Source: a virus. Taken from it: a stretch of 64,000 nucleotides of DNA. Position numbers and translations under genes: made by a program. The notes under the pieces were generated by a model. It made no database searches. It was given only the letters and a program-made list of their open reading frames with translations, and had not been told where the DNA came from. The stretch is taken from positions 18,518 through 82,517 of the IMG/VR virus record IMGVR_UViG_3300009078_000075; one strand, 5' to 3'. Positions 1 to 9,834 of the stretch are shown piece after piece; position 1 is the stretch's first letter; every line of letters starts with the position of its first letter.

Positions 1-887
1 TACCTTCTACTTGCTTGATAATGTTCAATTACAGGGACTTCATTTTTTAATGAATCAAAAATTTGACAATAACATTTTGGAAGATGTTCAATATCAATTC
101 TTCTTTTTTGAACACATTCTTTTAAAATATTTTGATCCCAAACATCTTTATTTATAAGACATTCATTTTTCCACATTTCTATTAATTTTAAACTTTCCAA
201 TGTATTTTTAAAATACAGGGTTCCGGATAAAAGATTTCCACTTTCTGAAAAATAAGCAGCAATATCCTTTTTTATATTTTCAAACAATTCAGGGTATTTT
301 TTTATAACTGCATCTGCATCAAGAAAAACAATAGGACGATTAAATAATAATAATGCCCTTTTAATCACCCAAGGTTTATAATGGGTATTTAACACCCAAT
401 TATTTTTATCTTTTAATTCTTCAATATAATAACTTAACCCGTATTTATTTATAGATGTTAAAAGATTTTGAAGTTCTTTTTTATATTTATCATTTGTAAA
501 ATAGGAAACAATTATAAATTTTGTATTATCGGTTATATTTGAAATAATCGATTTTACTTCTTTATCTGTTTCTTCATTTATTGTATTGTCAATGATTAAT
601 TCTTTTATTACTTTTTTTGTTTCAATATTTTGTTTAAGTGATTTGGTTTCTTGTACAAATAATTCAGTTTTTTGTTTATATGAGGAAATATCCAATTTGA
701 GGGATTTAACCTCCTGTTCATGAAAAGTTATTTTTTGTTTAAGTAATGATATCTCTTGTGTTTCTAATTCATTTTTCTTTAATTTAATTTGTTTTAATAA
801 CTCCCTTTGTTGGGGCCAGGGGAGAGATTTTATATCAATATTTAATAACTGATCTAATGAAAAATTCAGAAAATTATAATTATTCAT
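1..887 (-). CDS. Glycosyltransferase (nucleotide-diphospho-sugar transferase-like, GT-A) with N-terminal coiled coil; runs off the window edge
   Basis: Hand-translated, absent from the ORF track. ATG at 887 overlaps the upstream stop; open to position 1. Motifs YKPWVIKRAL, IVFLDADA (DxD), LSGTLYF, WDQ, IEHYQASRR. Confidence 0.75.
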   Translation of the reverse strand, partial: MNNYNFLNFSLDQLLNIDIKSLPWPQQRELLKQIKLKKNELETQEISLLKQKITFHEQEVKSLKLDISSYKQKTELFVQETKSLKQNIETKKVIKELIIDNTINEETDKEVKSIISNITDNTKFIIVSYFTNDKYKKELQNLLTSINKYGLSYYIEELKDKNNWVLNTHYKPWVIKRALLLFNRPIVFLDADAVIKKYPELFENIKKDIAAYFSESGNLLSGTLYFKNTLESLKLIEMWKNECLINKDVWDQNILKECVQKRRIDIEHLPKCYCQIFDSLKNEVPVIEHYQASRR

Positions 888-1581
888 TATTTTTCCTCAT
901 ATAATATATTTTATTATTTAAATAAGAAGTTAATTTAAAATTATATTTTTCAATTAAGTTATTTAACTTATCTTTACTATAAACATTAACATAGGCCCCT
1001 TCATGATTAAATCCATCCCGATCATTCCATGTAAATTTTTCTTCACCGGGGGGGCAAAACCATGAAATGATACACAATTTCTTTGTTGCCTTTAATATGT
1101 TTTCAAAAAATAGGTAACAATTATCAGGATGTTGATGTTCTAACACATGCCGAGTATATATGATATCTGATTTTAATAATGAATTAAAATCCCCTACTTT
1201 AAATTTATAATTATTATATTTACAAAATTCCTCTCTTGCAAATTCAACAAATTGAGGGGTAACCTCTTGTCCCGTGTATTCTATTGTTTCTATATCATGA
1301 AGTAACATGAAACAATGGGCAAAATCATAACATTGTCCAAATCCCAGTTCCAAAAAAGTTAATGGAGATTTATAATAAAAAGCAGAATTTGTAACTGCAC
1401 TTTGAGGGGGGGAAATACTTTCCAAATATGAATGAAGCAATTCATATACCTTTTCCCGATCTTCTTGATGAAAGGTATGAGTCAGAAATTGAATCCATTG
1501 TTCTTTTGTTATTTTAGATTGCCATGGGGCAGTAAAATCATGAGCTAAAAAATTTGAATCTTTTTGTGTTTCTGTTTTCAT
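880..1581 (-). CDS. Class I SAM-dependent methyltransferase
   Basis: FLELGFGQ motif I, VGDF, DIIYTRHVLEH. Confidence 0.75.
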   Translation of the reverse strand: MKTETQKDSNFLAHDFTAPWQSKITKEQWIQFLTHTFHQEDREKVYELLHSYLESISPPQSAVTNSAFYYKSPLTFLELGFGQCYDFAHCFMLLHDIETIEYTGQEVTPQFVEFAREEFCKYNNYKFKVGDFNSLLKSDIIYTRHVLEHQHPDNCYLFFENILKATKKLCIISWFCPPGEEKFTWNDRDGFNHEGAYVNVYSKDKLNNLIEKYNFKLTSYLNNKIYYMRKNNE

Positions 1582-1748
1582 TATTTATTTCCTATCTGCC
1601 TTCGGCGATCATCAATTGCTTTTTGAATTAAAGGAATTTGATTTTTTTGTGCCCTTTGTTTGGCATTCCCTCCTGCATATCTTGTCCAATTTCCTTCTTG
1701 TCGAAAAGTTATCTTTCTAAAATCTTTTCCTTGAATTATTTGTCCCAT
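1581..1748 (-). CDS. Small basic hypothetical protein (55 aa)
   Basis: Hand-translated MGQIIQGKDFRKITF...; GGAG RBS; stop overlaps next ATG. Confidence 0.55.
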   Translation of the reverse strand: MGQIIQGKDFRKITFRQEGNWTRYAGGNAKQRAQKNQIPLIQKAIDDRRRQIGNK

Positions 1749-1756
1749 GTTATCTC

Positions 1757-1948
1757 CTATTCTAATGTATTTAAAAACGGATTATAATATTTTGAATCTT
1801 TATTAATATATTCTACTTTACCATTTTTAATAAGCTTTTGTCTTCCAGTATTCCCTTCACGAACAACAATATAATCATCCTTATCATCGATTAAATCTTC
1901 CTGTTCCCACCTTTCCGCTATCGGAGGTTGTTTTGGTAATTTTTTCAT
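1757..1948 (-). CDS. Small protein, candidate immunity protein for the ART domain
   Basis: 63 aa directly after the ART gene, AGGA RBS; function inferred from position only. Confidence 0.45.
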   Translation of the reverse strand: MKKLPKQPPIAERWEQEDLIDDKDDYIVVREGNTGRQKLIKNGKVEYINKDSKYYNPFLNTLE

Positions 1949-1961
1949 ATTATTATTCCTT

Positions 1962-3116
1962 TCATTTAATTATTATTGAATCAAGAGGTGTAATTTTTTT
2001 AAGTTGAGCTTGAACAAAAAGAATTGGTTCTTTATTCAATCCTAATTTTATTTCTCTTTTTGATAAAATTTCCAATACATTTCTTTTACTAATAATAACT
2101 TCTTTTTCACTATAATATTCAGATAAAAATTTAACAGAACTTCCAGCAGGAGTTCCCCCAATTATATGTAATAAAACCCCTTTTCCATATTGTTTATGAT
2201 TTAAAAATAATTTACTACTGTTCATTGCTATTTTTTTATCTGTACTTGTTGAAGAAAAAGCAGACAATTGATAAGTGTCCCCTTTTTTTAAATTTTCAAA
2301 ATCACCACGTTTTCCTCTCATTCCTCGCCATAAATCCCCTGTTGGCATTCTGGGAGCTAAATCAAGCCATTTTTCAATAAGATTTGCTTTTTTTATTTCA
2401 TTTGGATCATCATTTTTTCCTTTTTGTGCTTTTCTTAAATCTACACTTGTTCTGGTAAATTGTAATAAACCATTATGTAAATTAATTATTTCATCTGTTT
2501 GTTCTTTTGATAATTTAAAATATTCTTTATTAAATAAATCTTTTGCAAGAGTATTATATTGTTCAGGATATGACATTTCATCATTTTTTGAATAATGTCC
2601 TCTTATAGGTTTATTATATAAATAATGATCTTTTAATGATTTTTTTTCTTCTTCCAATTTTTTAATTTCTTTTTCAAGTTGTTTTTTCATTTCTTCCGCT
2701 TGACGTATTACTTTTTCTCTTTCTTTTTTTTCTTCCACTTTTTGTTTTTCCTGCAAATGTTTTAACTTTGCATCATTCAAATCTTTTGCCGATAATTTAT
2801 ATTTTGTTTTTAAATCATTAACAGTTAAAATTTTATTTGATTTTATATCTGAAAATTGTTCAAATTTTACTTTACCTTCTTTATATAAAGCATATTTTGT
2901 TCCCCCCAATACCTCTTTCTGAAAATCCCCTGATTGCCTTTCAAACCAGTCACTATAAGAAACCGATCCTGGTACATTTTTATAAACATATTTTCCCTGT
3001 TTTTCATCCCATTCTTTTGCTGGTCTCTCAATTTCTTCTAAATTTTCAAGCCGGGTAACAGCAGAGATAATACATCGACAACCAGGATGAAGAGGCGGAA
3101 TAGGTAATTGTTTCAT
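1962..3116 (-). CDS. C-terminal part of MuF/gpF domain fused to VIP2-like ADP-ribosyltransferase
   Basis: N-terminal PPLHPGCRC (MuF end motif) and SYSDWF...LG..KY segment; ART R-S-E motifs LWRG, FSSTS, SEKEVI. Confidence 0.8.
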   Translation of the reverse strand: MKQLPIPPLHPGCRCIISAVTRLENLEEIERPAKEWDEKQGKYVYKNVPGSVSYSDWFERQSGDFQKEVLGGTKYALYKEGKVKFEQFSDIKSNKILTVNDLKTKYKLSAKDLNDAKLKHLQEKQKVEEKKEREKVIRQAEEMKKQLEKEIKKLEEEKKSLKDHYLYNKPIRGHYSKNDEMSYPEQYNTLAKDLFNKEYFKLSKEQTDEIINLHNGLLQFTRTSVDLRKAQKGKNDDPNEIKKANLIEKWLDLAPRMPTGDLWRGMRGKRGDFENLKKGDTYQLSAFSSTSTDKKIAMNSSKLFLNHKQYGKGVLLHIIGGTPAGSSVKFLSEYYSEKEVIISKRNVLEILSKREIKLGLNKEPILFVQAQLKKITPLDSIIIK

Positions 3117-3301
3117 TTTATTTCAATATATCCTTTATAATCCTTGCCTTCAATAATTTTTATTATCTCATCATAAGATATATTAAATATGCTCTCATCG
3201 GGGGAAAGTTCTTGTATAATATCCCCAATATATGTTTTCCCATATGCCCCTGCCTGTACAAATAAATTACCATTTTTCATTTTAGATATAAACAATTTCA
3301 T
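3113..3301 (-). CDS. Small protein (62 aa), candidate immunity protein for the zincin domain; paralog of 39336..39533
   Basis: ATGA-coupled at both ends; MKLFISK...DYKGYIEI shared with the 39336 ORF. Confidence 0.6.
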   Translation of the reverse strand: MKLFISKMKNGNLFVQAGAYGKTYIGDIIQELSPDESIFNISYDEIIKIIEGKDYKGYIEIK

Positions 3302-4770
3302 TTTATTTCCACTCCAAATCTCTTTTTTAAAAAGTCTTTCATATATGATGCCGTATTCGGCCAATCTTCATAATAAGAATCTGGAAGTATCCCCAAATTA
3401 CTTGGTTGTCCCATCATAACAGCAAATAATTCTGCAAATGTTTCTCTTTGACCAATCCCCTTTTGTTGAAGAAGATATGCATATTTATTTTGATTATAAG
3501 TAAGCCCTGTTTGTTGAAAAGTAGCTTGATCCCAAGGATCTTTTTTATTAGCAATATTAGCCCTATCTTTTATATATGCATCTACAAAACCTGTATCATG
3601 ATTACTAAATACTCCATATTGTATCTTTGGAAAAAATTCACTTCCTAAAAGTTGATCTATTGCATGTCCTGATTCATGAAATGTCATTCCTTTTACTCGT
3701 GATATAGATTCTTTATATACCTTTGATCTATCAATAGAACCTATTTTTGTTACTTTTTCAGCAAATGACATTTGTTTATTATTCCAGTCATAAATACCGC
3801 TAACATTATCAAAAGATGCGTCTTTACCCCATCCCGTTGGTTTTTCATTTATAAGATGTGGATTTATATTTGTTTGGAATTCCCCTATTTTAATAGTAGT
3901 TCCATATTTATTTAAAGCATTTTGTATTGGAACAGGAATTGTTTTTATATAATTATTTATATTAATTACGAAATCAGCAGAAACATTTTCACCAGCAACT
4001 ACAGTAATCGGAATTTTTTTCATTTCTTCTTTTTTCATTTCTTCTTTTTTCATTTCTTTTACTTTTTTTAATTTCAGAATATCCCCTGTTTTTCCATCAA
4101 GTTTAGCACAAAGCAAACATGTTTTATGATCAAGGGTTGCCACAAAGCGGTATGTTTCAATAAATTCAGAATTATCATTATAACATTGTTGTAATGCTTT
4201 ATTTGATGCATCCATTATTGCCGTTCTTGTTAATGTCTTTGCCTGTGCTGAGGACATTCCAAATGTATTTTTGATATCCCTTGAAATATCATTTATTCCT
4301 TTTCCGAGAATTAACCCGGACATAAGGTTATGTTTAATCCCCTGTAAAGTATTTGCTTCGAGTTTTGAAATCCAATTTTCAAGGGTATTTCCACAAATAG
4401 GATTTGTTAAAATAGAATTTAACGCTTCACCCGGGAGACCCATTAAAGGGGCATTTTCAGCAATTGCTTTTATCCCTGCATCTGTCTTTATTGCATTTGA
4501 AATTGAATTATACTCAACTTGGGCTGTATCAGACATGGCGTTTCTTATCACGTCATTTATTTCTTCATATTGAGATTGTAATATAGCAATGGATTCGGCT
4601 AACACTGCTTCATAATGTGCCCTTGTTATTTCATTCATTTTTTTTGATTCCAATTTTTTTAAAATATCAAATTGGGCTTTTCTTAATTCTTCAAAGACAT
4701 CTTTAGTTACCCCATTTTCAAATTGTTCAAGAAAATGTCTATTTTTAATTATAAGATCATTAATAGTCAT
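3298..4770 (-). CDS. Minor head protein MuF/gpF (N-terminal part) fused to anthrax-LF-like zinc metallopeptidase
   Basis: Follows portal; ATLDHKTCLLCAKLDGK MuF motif; HESGH zincin motif plus ETFAELFA. Confidence 0.8.
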   Translation of the reverse strand: MTINDLIIKNRHFLEQFENGVTKDVFEELRKAQFDILKKLESKKMNEITRAHYEAVLAESIAILQSQYEEINDVIRNAMSDTAQVEYNSISNAIKTDAGIKAIAENAPLMGLPGEALNSILTNPICGNTLENWISKLEANTLQGIKHNLMSGLILGKGINDISRDIKNTFGMSSAQAKTLTRTAIMDASNKALQQCYNDNSEFIETYRFVATLDHKTCLLCAKLDGKTGDILKLKKVKEMKKEEMKKEEMKKIPITVVAGENVSADFVININNYIKTIPVPIQNALNKYGTTIKIGEFQTNINPHLINEKPTGWGKDASFDNVSGIYDWNNKQMSFAEKVTKIGSIDRSKVYKESISRVKGMTFHESGHAIDQLLGSEFFPKIQYGVFSNHDTGFVDAYIKDRANIANKKDPWDQATFQQTGLTYNQNKYAYLLQQKGIGQRETFAELFAVMMGQPSNLGILPDSYYEDWPNTASYMKDFLKKRFGVEIK

Positions 4771-4782
4771 ATATAATATGTA

Positions 4783-6306
4783 TTATTCATTAGAAAAAGG
4801 AATCGAAGAAACTTCCTCTTCATTAATTTGTTCCTTTTCTTTTTCTTCATCAAAATTTCTTGGTAAAATTTCTCCCTCTTTCATTATATTCCATAATGTT
4901 GATTGACTAAGGTCTTTTGTGCTTCTCATATTTAACAAAGTGGCAAGTAATTGTGCATCAATTTGATCGACATCATAATCTAAATTATACCCAATGGTAA
5001 TATTATCAATTTCTGATTCATTTAACTGCATCCATTCACCGGCAAATTTATGACATTGTTGTTCAGCAATAGCAAAATTAATTGATCTCCTTTGTAAATC
5101 CGACAATGAATCCAATCGATCCATTTTTTTTGCTTCTGCTGTTTCCCTTTGATTTGATAAATTTCTAACCTGTTTTAAGGCAATATCATATATTGCAGTT
5201 AATATATCTTGTTCTGATAATCTTATTTTTTCAATCGATTGTCCACTTATTTCAACATATTGAAGTTTTGAATTAGCATCGGGATTTGAAATTCCCATAT
5301 CTTCCGATACCTTAATAGCATCTTGTGTATCCCATCCTGCAAAAAATAATAATGGGAAGGCACTCATTACCTCTGCATAATGCCGAGCCGAATGTTTATT
5401 AAAAAGCTCAATACACAAATCAGTAATATCTGCAATTGCAGATTTTCCTACCCCAAAAGATATTTTTTTATTGTAAAAAGGAACTAATGGAATTTTTCCC
5501 AATGATATAGGAATTTCCCCAACAAGAACCGCCTGTTCTTTATCTCCTGTTTTTATATATTGCCAAATTTGATGTTTATTGGGATATAAAATCCTATATT
5601 GTGTCACTGTTTGTTCGGGAAGAAACGGAACATTAAATGTAGACACATTTTCCCTTATCACAGCATATATGAGTTCTTGTTTCCCATTGTTTATATTAAT
5701 CCCCCAGTCTAATACATTTCTTGGATCAATGGGGACATAATATGGGAATAACCCCGCTTTTTGTTCATCTAATATACTTACATTTTCTTGTTCCATTAAA
5801 ATTGTATTAACAGGAAATTCAACAAGGACCCAATATATTCCAAATACTTGTGCCTTTTCTGTAATATCAGAAAAAAATGAATTTCTACTTGTTCCCTTTC
5901 CATCTACATTATAAACTAATTCATCAAGACGATTTGGAAGAACCCGTTCTGGTTCTTTCCTCCATAAATGCCCTTGAAAGGTTTCAATTATTTGGGCACA
6001 TTTATTGTAATAAACAGCTTCTTTTTTTCGTGTATCATATTTTTTTTGATGTTCATTCGGTCGCTTTATTAAATAAGTATTATCAGGGGCATTTTGAATT
6101 TTCCCCCCGCCCTCAAAACAGTCAGATAATTTTTGCCAGCAAGGGATTAATAAATCATAATCTTTATTTTTTTTCTCTAAATCAAGCTCCTGATTATTTA
6201 CTTGTTGTTTTGCCTTTAAAAAGGATACACTTTGTTTGTGCACTGTTTCAACATAAGAAACTTCTTGTCCATCAATTACCGTTGTTTTTTTTCTTTCAAT
6301 TGCCAT
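4783..6306 (-). CDS. Portal protein (DUF4055-like)
   Basis: Position after TerL; YDTRKKEAVYYN, NVDGKG, IPLVPFY; 507 aa. Confidence 0.85.
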   Translation of the reverse strand: MAIERKKTTVIDGQEVSYVETVHKQSVSFLKAKQQVNNQELDLEKKNKDYDLLIPCWQKLSDCFEGGGKIQNAPDNTYLIKRPNEHQKKYDTRKKEAVYYNKCAQIIETFQGHLWRKEPERVLPNRLDELVYNVDGKGTSRNSFFSDITEKAQVFGIYWVLVEFPVNTILMEQENVSILDEQKAGLFPYYVPIDPRNVLDWGININNGKQELIYAVIRENVSTFNVPFLPEQTVTQYRILYPNKHQIWQYIKTGDKEQAVLVGEIPISLGKIPLVPFYNKKISFGVGKSAIADITDLCIELFNKHSARHYAEVMSAFPLLFFAGWDTQDAIKVSEDMGISNPDANSKLQYVEISGQSIEKIRLSEQDILTAIYDIALKQVRNLSNQRETAEAKKMDRLDSLSDLQRRSINFAIAEQQCHKFAGEWMQLNESEIDNITIGYNLDYDVDQIDAQLLATLLNMRSTKDLSQSTLWNIMKEGEILPRNFDEEKEKEQINEEEVSSIPFSNE

Positions 6307-6328
6307 TTTATTTTGTCCTTTCTAAAAA

Positions 6329-8692
6329 TTAAGCTATATAAACATCGGAAATATTAAAAGTATGGGCTAATCTTGATCTTTTTCTAAACATACAAGCATA
6401 ACGTACTTCATCTGCTATATGATCCTCTTGACTATTTGCTATATCATCGGGATTTTTATCATCCCGAACAAGAAAAGGAACTGTTCTAATAAAATCAGTA
6501 CATGTTGCTAATACATATAATAAAGGTCCCTGTGATTCCTCTTCCCCTTCAAATCGTCCCCTTAATTGTTGCCATCCTGGTATTCTTGATTTATCAGATT
6601 GTACAAATAAATCATACCCCATTTGTTTAGCTATTGAATCTCCACCCCGCTCTTCCCAAATTTGATTATCTGCGGGCCCTTTCCTTATATTTAATGATGA
6701 CCATTTTTTTTCTCTTTCAATTATTCCTTCCCCAATTTTTTTATTAAGTAATCGTAGCCCTGTATTTGGATTAATCGCTTTTTTATCATTTCCATACCAT
6801 TCAGAAAATCGAATTAAGGTTCCCCTTGGATATGTTACCCCATTTGGTGCAGGGGTCCCATCTGATTCTGTCCACCATCCAACTGAAAATGGGGACCCTG
6901 ATCCCCAGTCAAAAGAACGAAAACAGAACCAATGTCTGGGAGGTATAAAACATTTTGACAAAGGAATTACATTTTTTGATGAGTTCCAAACATCGGAAAA
7001 AAATCCTCCAACATTTACATCCCATCGTCCATATACCCATGCTTTTACAAGTTCTTTATCGGGAAGAGCCAAAAGACGGGATCGATATTCGGGGTCCATA
7101 TTCATAAAAGGAATATTTTCAAGCATGTTTCCAAATATAGAGACCCTTTTATGTCCTTTATCATTAATAACCGTTCCCCATGGTGCAGGATCAATAAAAT
7201 AATTTTTAACTGCACTACGTCCGATTCCCCATGGATTCCCTGTGGACCGGATACGGATAGGAATACCCATCCCCGTTGCTCGGTTACAGCTAATCATACT
7301 TTGATAACAATCCATGTCTGGCCAATTTAATAATTCTTCCCATCCGATCCACGAATAACTATTTCCTGATAACCAAGTAGATCCATTTTGTCTAATAAAA
7401 AAATTATGATTTTTTTCAACACCTAAACAATAAACTTTACCATTATATTTTATTCGTTTAATTTGTGATTTTAATTTCTTTTTATTTAATTTTCTAATTC
7501 TATTGTCAGTATATAATTTAAGTTCTTTTTTTGGATTAAAAGCAATTGTATATAAAATTTTATTTTTACAACCTTCTTTTTTTTGAATAGCAGAATAAAC
7601 AGAATACCCGAGTTTTACCCCAATTTCTTGTAAATCATCACTCATTTTTTTAGATATTGTATATATATAAACTCTATTTTGCTGTTTTGTTCCATCTCCA
7701 AGTGCATATGCATCAAAAAAAGCTTGTAAACATTCTCTATTACTTTGTTTTATATTATTAGGAATATATTTATCTTTACATTTTCCAAATTTAGAAAGGT
7801 ATAAATATTGTTTTTTATCTCTCCAAACAAATCCAAAATTAGTTTTATTATATTTAATTTTTAAATTGTCAAGAAGATTTTGTATAATTTTTACATTTTG
7901 TTCCTTTTGTTGACAAATTCCTATTGTATAATGTTTTTTATAAAGATTGGTGTATCCCTCTGATAAAAACCATCCCATAAATTTACAATAATTAATATCT
8001 AAATTCTTTCCTTTTGTTAATTTCCATCCACTATTTTTTATTTTAGTTATTCTTGGTAATTTTGAATATTCTATCAATTCGTTTGAGATTGAAGGAAGTT
8101 TATGTTCTGGGGTAAAAGACATATATTTTCCACGACCATTATAAATTATTAAATCTCCATTATAATCTTCTATTGTTTTGGTTTTAACCATTTGATAAGA
8201 TAATTCATTTTTTTTATTAGTACTTAAAACTTTTTCTCCTATTTTTATATTTTGAATAGGTATCCACCCATTTTTTGTTAAAATATCCCCTTTATCTACA
8301 CAATGCCCATGATAGTTATCGTAGTCATTTCGATCCCAAAAATATCGTAAATATAAAAGTTCCCCCCCCGGAAAAGCCCATGTATAATCTGCTTTATTAA
8401 ATTCTGCCTTTGGACATGCCATCCGAAACCATTTTTTTGATTTAATAACAAGATCTGATAATTGTTTATATGTTCGCCTAAAAAGAATCCCTCTCCAATC
8501 TGAGCCATACCCTTTTCCAACCTCTTGAAAGAAATCCATGATTAAAGCATCGGTCTTACCAACTGCCCGTGTACCTGTGTATAGTACTTGATGATAAGGA
8601 CATGAAAGAAACAAACATTGAGATCCCGGATTTGGTTTCCAAACAACACTTAAATTATCAAGATTTTTTTTATTATTAAGTTCTCGGTTCAT
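6329..8692 (-). CDS. terL: Terminase large subunit containing an intein
   Basis: GTRAVGKT Walker A, WEEL Walker B, STGNP, SFDWG and EDHIADEVRY RNase H-like motifs. Confidence 0.92.
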   Translation of the reverse strand: MNRELNNKKNLDNLSVVWKPNPGSQCLFLSCPYHQVLYTGTRAVGKTDALIMDFFQEVGKGYGSDWRGILFRRTYKQLSDLVIKSKKWFRMACPKAEFNKADYTWAFPGGELLYLRYFWDRNDYDNYHGHCVDKGDILTKNGWIPIQNIKIGEKVLSTNKKNELSYQMVKTKTIEDYNGDLIIYNGRGKYMSFTPEHKLPSISNELIEYSKLPRITKIKNSGWKLTKGKNLDINYCKFMGWFLSEGYTNLYKKHYTIGICQQKEQNVKIIQNLLDNLKIKYNKTNFGFVWRDKKQYLYLSKFGKCKDKYIPNNIKQSNRECLQAFFDAYALGDGTKQQNRVYIYTISKKMSDDLQEIGVKLGYSVYSAIQKKEGCKNKILYTIAFNPKKELKLYTDNRIRKLNKKKLKSQIKRIKYNGKVYCLGVEKNHNFFIRQNGSTWLSGNSYSWIGWEELLNWPDMDCYQSMISCNRATGMGIPIRIRSTGNPWGIGRSAVKNYFIDPAPWGTVINDKGHKRVSIFGNMLENIPFMNMDPEYRSRLLALPDKELVKAWVYGRWDVNVGGFFSDVWNSSKNVIPLSKCFIPPRHWFCFRSFDWGSGSPFSVGWWTESDGTPAPNGVTYPRGTLIRFSEWYGNDKKAINPNTGLRLLNKKIGEGIIEREKKWSSLNIRKGPADNQIWEERGGDSIAKQMGYDLFVQSDKSRIPGWQQLRGRFEGEEESQGPLLYVLATCTDFIRTVPFLVRDDKNPDDIANSQEDHIADEVRYACMFRKRSRLAHTFNISDVYIA
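7361..8302 (-). mobile_element. Intein (314 aa) with LAGLIDADG homing endonuclease
   Basis: GH|CVDKGDILTKNGW N-terminal junction; TPEH block B; FMGWFLSEG and FFDAYALGDG; VYCLGVEKNHNF...SGN|S C-terminal junction. Confidence 0.9.
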
Positions 8693-9216
8693 TATTCTTT
8701 ATCATTCATTTCCTCAATTTTGACTCTTGTTTCCTTCATCTGGGTATCCCAGTCTTTGTCATTAAAAATACCCGGTACTACCACAACTCCAGTTTTTGTT
8801 TCAACATCAATATGAATATTTTGATTTGGATACATATTTTTCATTTTGGCGCAGGAATCAAAAAATTTATGAATTACATTATAATCTTTTTCTCGATTTA
8901 TTTCATTACCATTTTTATCATAAATACCCTTATCTGCTTCAAGTCCCTTTTTTGCTACTGAAATAAGATAAGGGGTAGTAATTCCCTGTGCTTCCATTTC
9001 TTCTGCAATAGTAATTCTAACTTTTTTCATTACGGCATCGGCCCGTACTGATGCCCTGTTATAATCATTTTTATCGGATAAGTCATATCCTTTTACGGCG
9101 GCAATTGCTCGGATCATGTTACCACCATTTTTAAGGTACTCTTCAACAAACCTAATATCAGAAGGTTTCAAATTTTCAAATCTTGGATTTAATTCTCGTT
9201 CTTGTTTTTTACTCAT
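8692..9216 (-). CDS. terS: Terminase small subunit
   Basis: Directly upstream of TerL; RFVEEYLKNGGN...A...GY HTH-like start; GVVVVP tail. Confidence 0.75.
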   Translation of the reverse strand: MSKKQERELNPRFENLKPSDIRFVEEYLKNGGNMIRAIAAVKGYDLSDKNDYNRASVRADAVMKKVRITIAEEMEAQGITTPYLISVAKKGLEADKGIYDKNGNEINREKDYNVIHKFFDSCAKMKNMYPNQNIHIDVETKTGVVVVPGIFNDKDWDTQMKETRVKIEEMNDKE

Positions 9217-9312
9217 TTTTTCTCCTTTTTTTATAAAAAACTCAATTAAAATGTATTTTCATATTTAATATACATAAAAATTTAAAAAAAATGTATTTAT
9301 AATATATGATTC

Positions 9313-9490
9313 TTTTTCACATAATTACATCCCTTTTCATATCCCTTTTCCTTTTTCTTGTACTATTATATAAAAATAAACATATATTTATAGTATCCTC
9401 TTTCTTTTTTCTGTGCATATTTCTTGCAATATATAAATATTAACCGATTGAAAAAGCAAAATATGCCGATATATATAATAGAGAGGGAAA
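9313..9490 (+). repeat. ~180-bp regulatory module duplicated at ~39131-39306
   Basis: Shared TTCACATAATTACATCCCTTTTCA...CTGTGCATATTTCTTGCA...ACCGAT...GCCGATATATATAATAGAGAGGGAAA. Confidence 0.85.
9443..9490 (+). promoter_or_regulatory. Class A promoter-like motif ACCGAT-N16-GCCGATATATATAATAGAG
   Basis: Copies at 9443, 27552, 32115 (short spacing), 39259, 39547 and 63184-63231 on minus; always upstream of a co-oriented gene. Confidence 0.75.
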
Positions 9491-9519
9491 ACAGCAACCT
9501 TTAACACAGGAGAAAGACA

Positions 9520-9762
9520 ATGCATACAATGGAACATCTTGAAATGGAATTAAAAGATGCTCAATATGTTTATCATTTATCCCGTTTAAAAGCAGATCAC
9601 ATTGAAAAGGAATTGAATGACGCCAAACGGCAAGTTGAAATTCTTTCAAACCTATTGAAAGAAAAAAGGGAAGAGGAAACAAACAATCATTTAAAAGTAA
9701 TTGAAATTCATAGAAAAACAATTGAAATCATTCAAAAAGAGGAAAATTGTTATATTAAGTAA
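9520..9762 (+). CDS. Hypothetical coiled-coil protein
   Basis: AGGAG RBS after class A motif. Confidence 0.6.
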   Translation: MHTMEHLEMELKDAQYVYHLSRLKADHIEKELNDAKRQVEILSNLLKEKREEETNNHLKVIEIHRKTIEIIQKEENCYIK

Positions 9763-9834
9763 CATTTAAATATAAGGTTAATGAGAGAGGTTTTTGAAAG
9801 AAAACAGTAACCTTTAAATATAAGGAAATTTTAA

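Noticed and set aside
3117-4080. Group I/II intron or intein as the cause of the MuF split
   Set aside because: Insert is fully protein-coding with stops, and shows no intron core or intein junction motifs
2275-6332. Plus-strand ORFs antisense to the packaging arm, and similar antisense ORFs elsewhere
   Set aside because: Overlap well-supported genes, F/L/I-rich shadow composition, no RBS
9413-9428. Sigma54 promoter in GTGCATATTTCTTGCA (also ~39230)
   Set aside because: TTGCA present but the invariant -24 GG is missing
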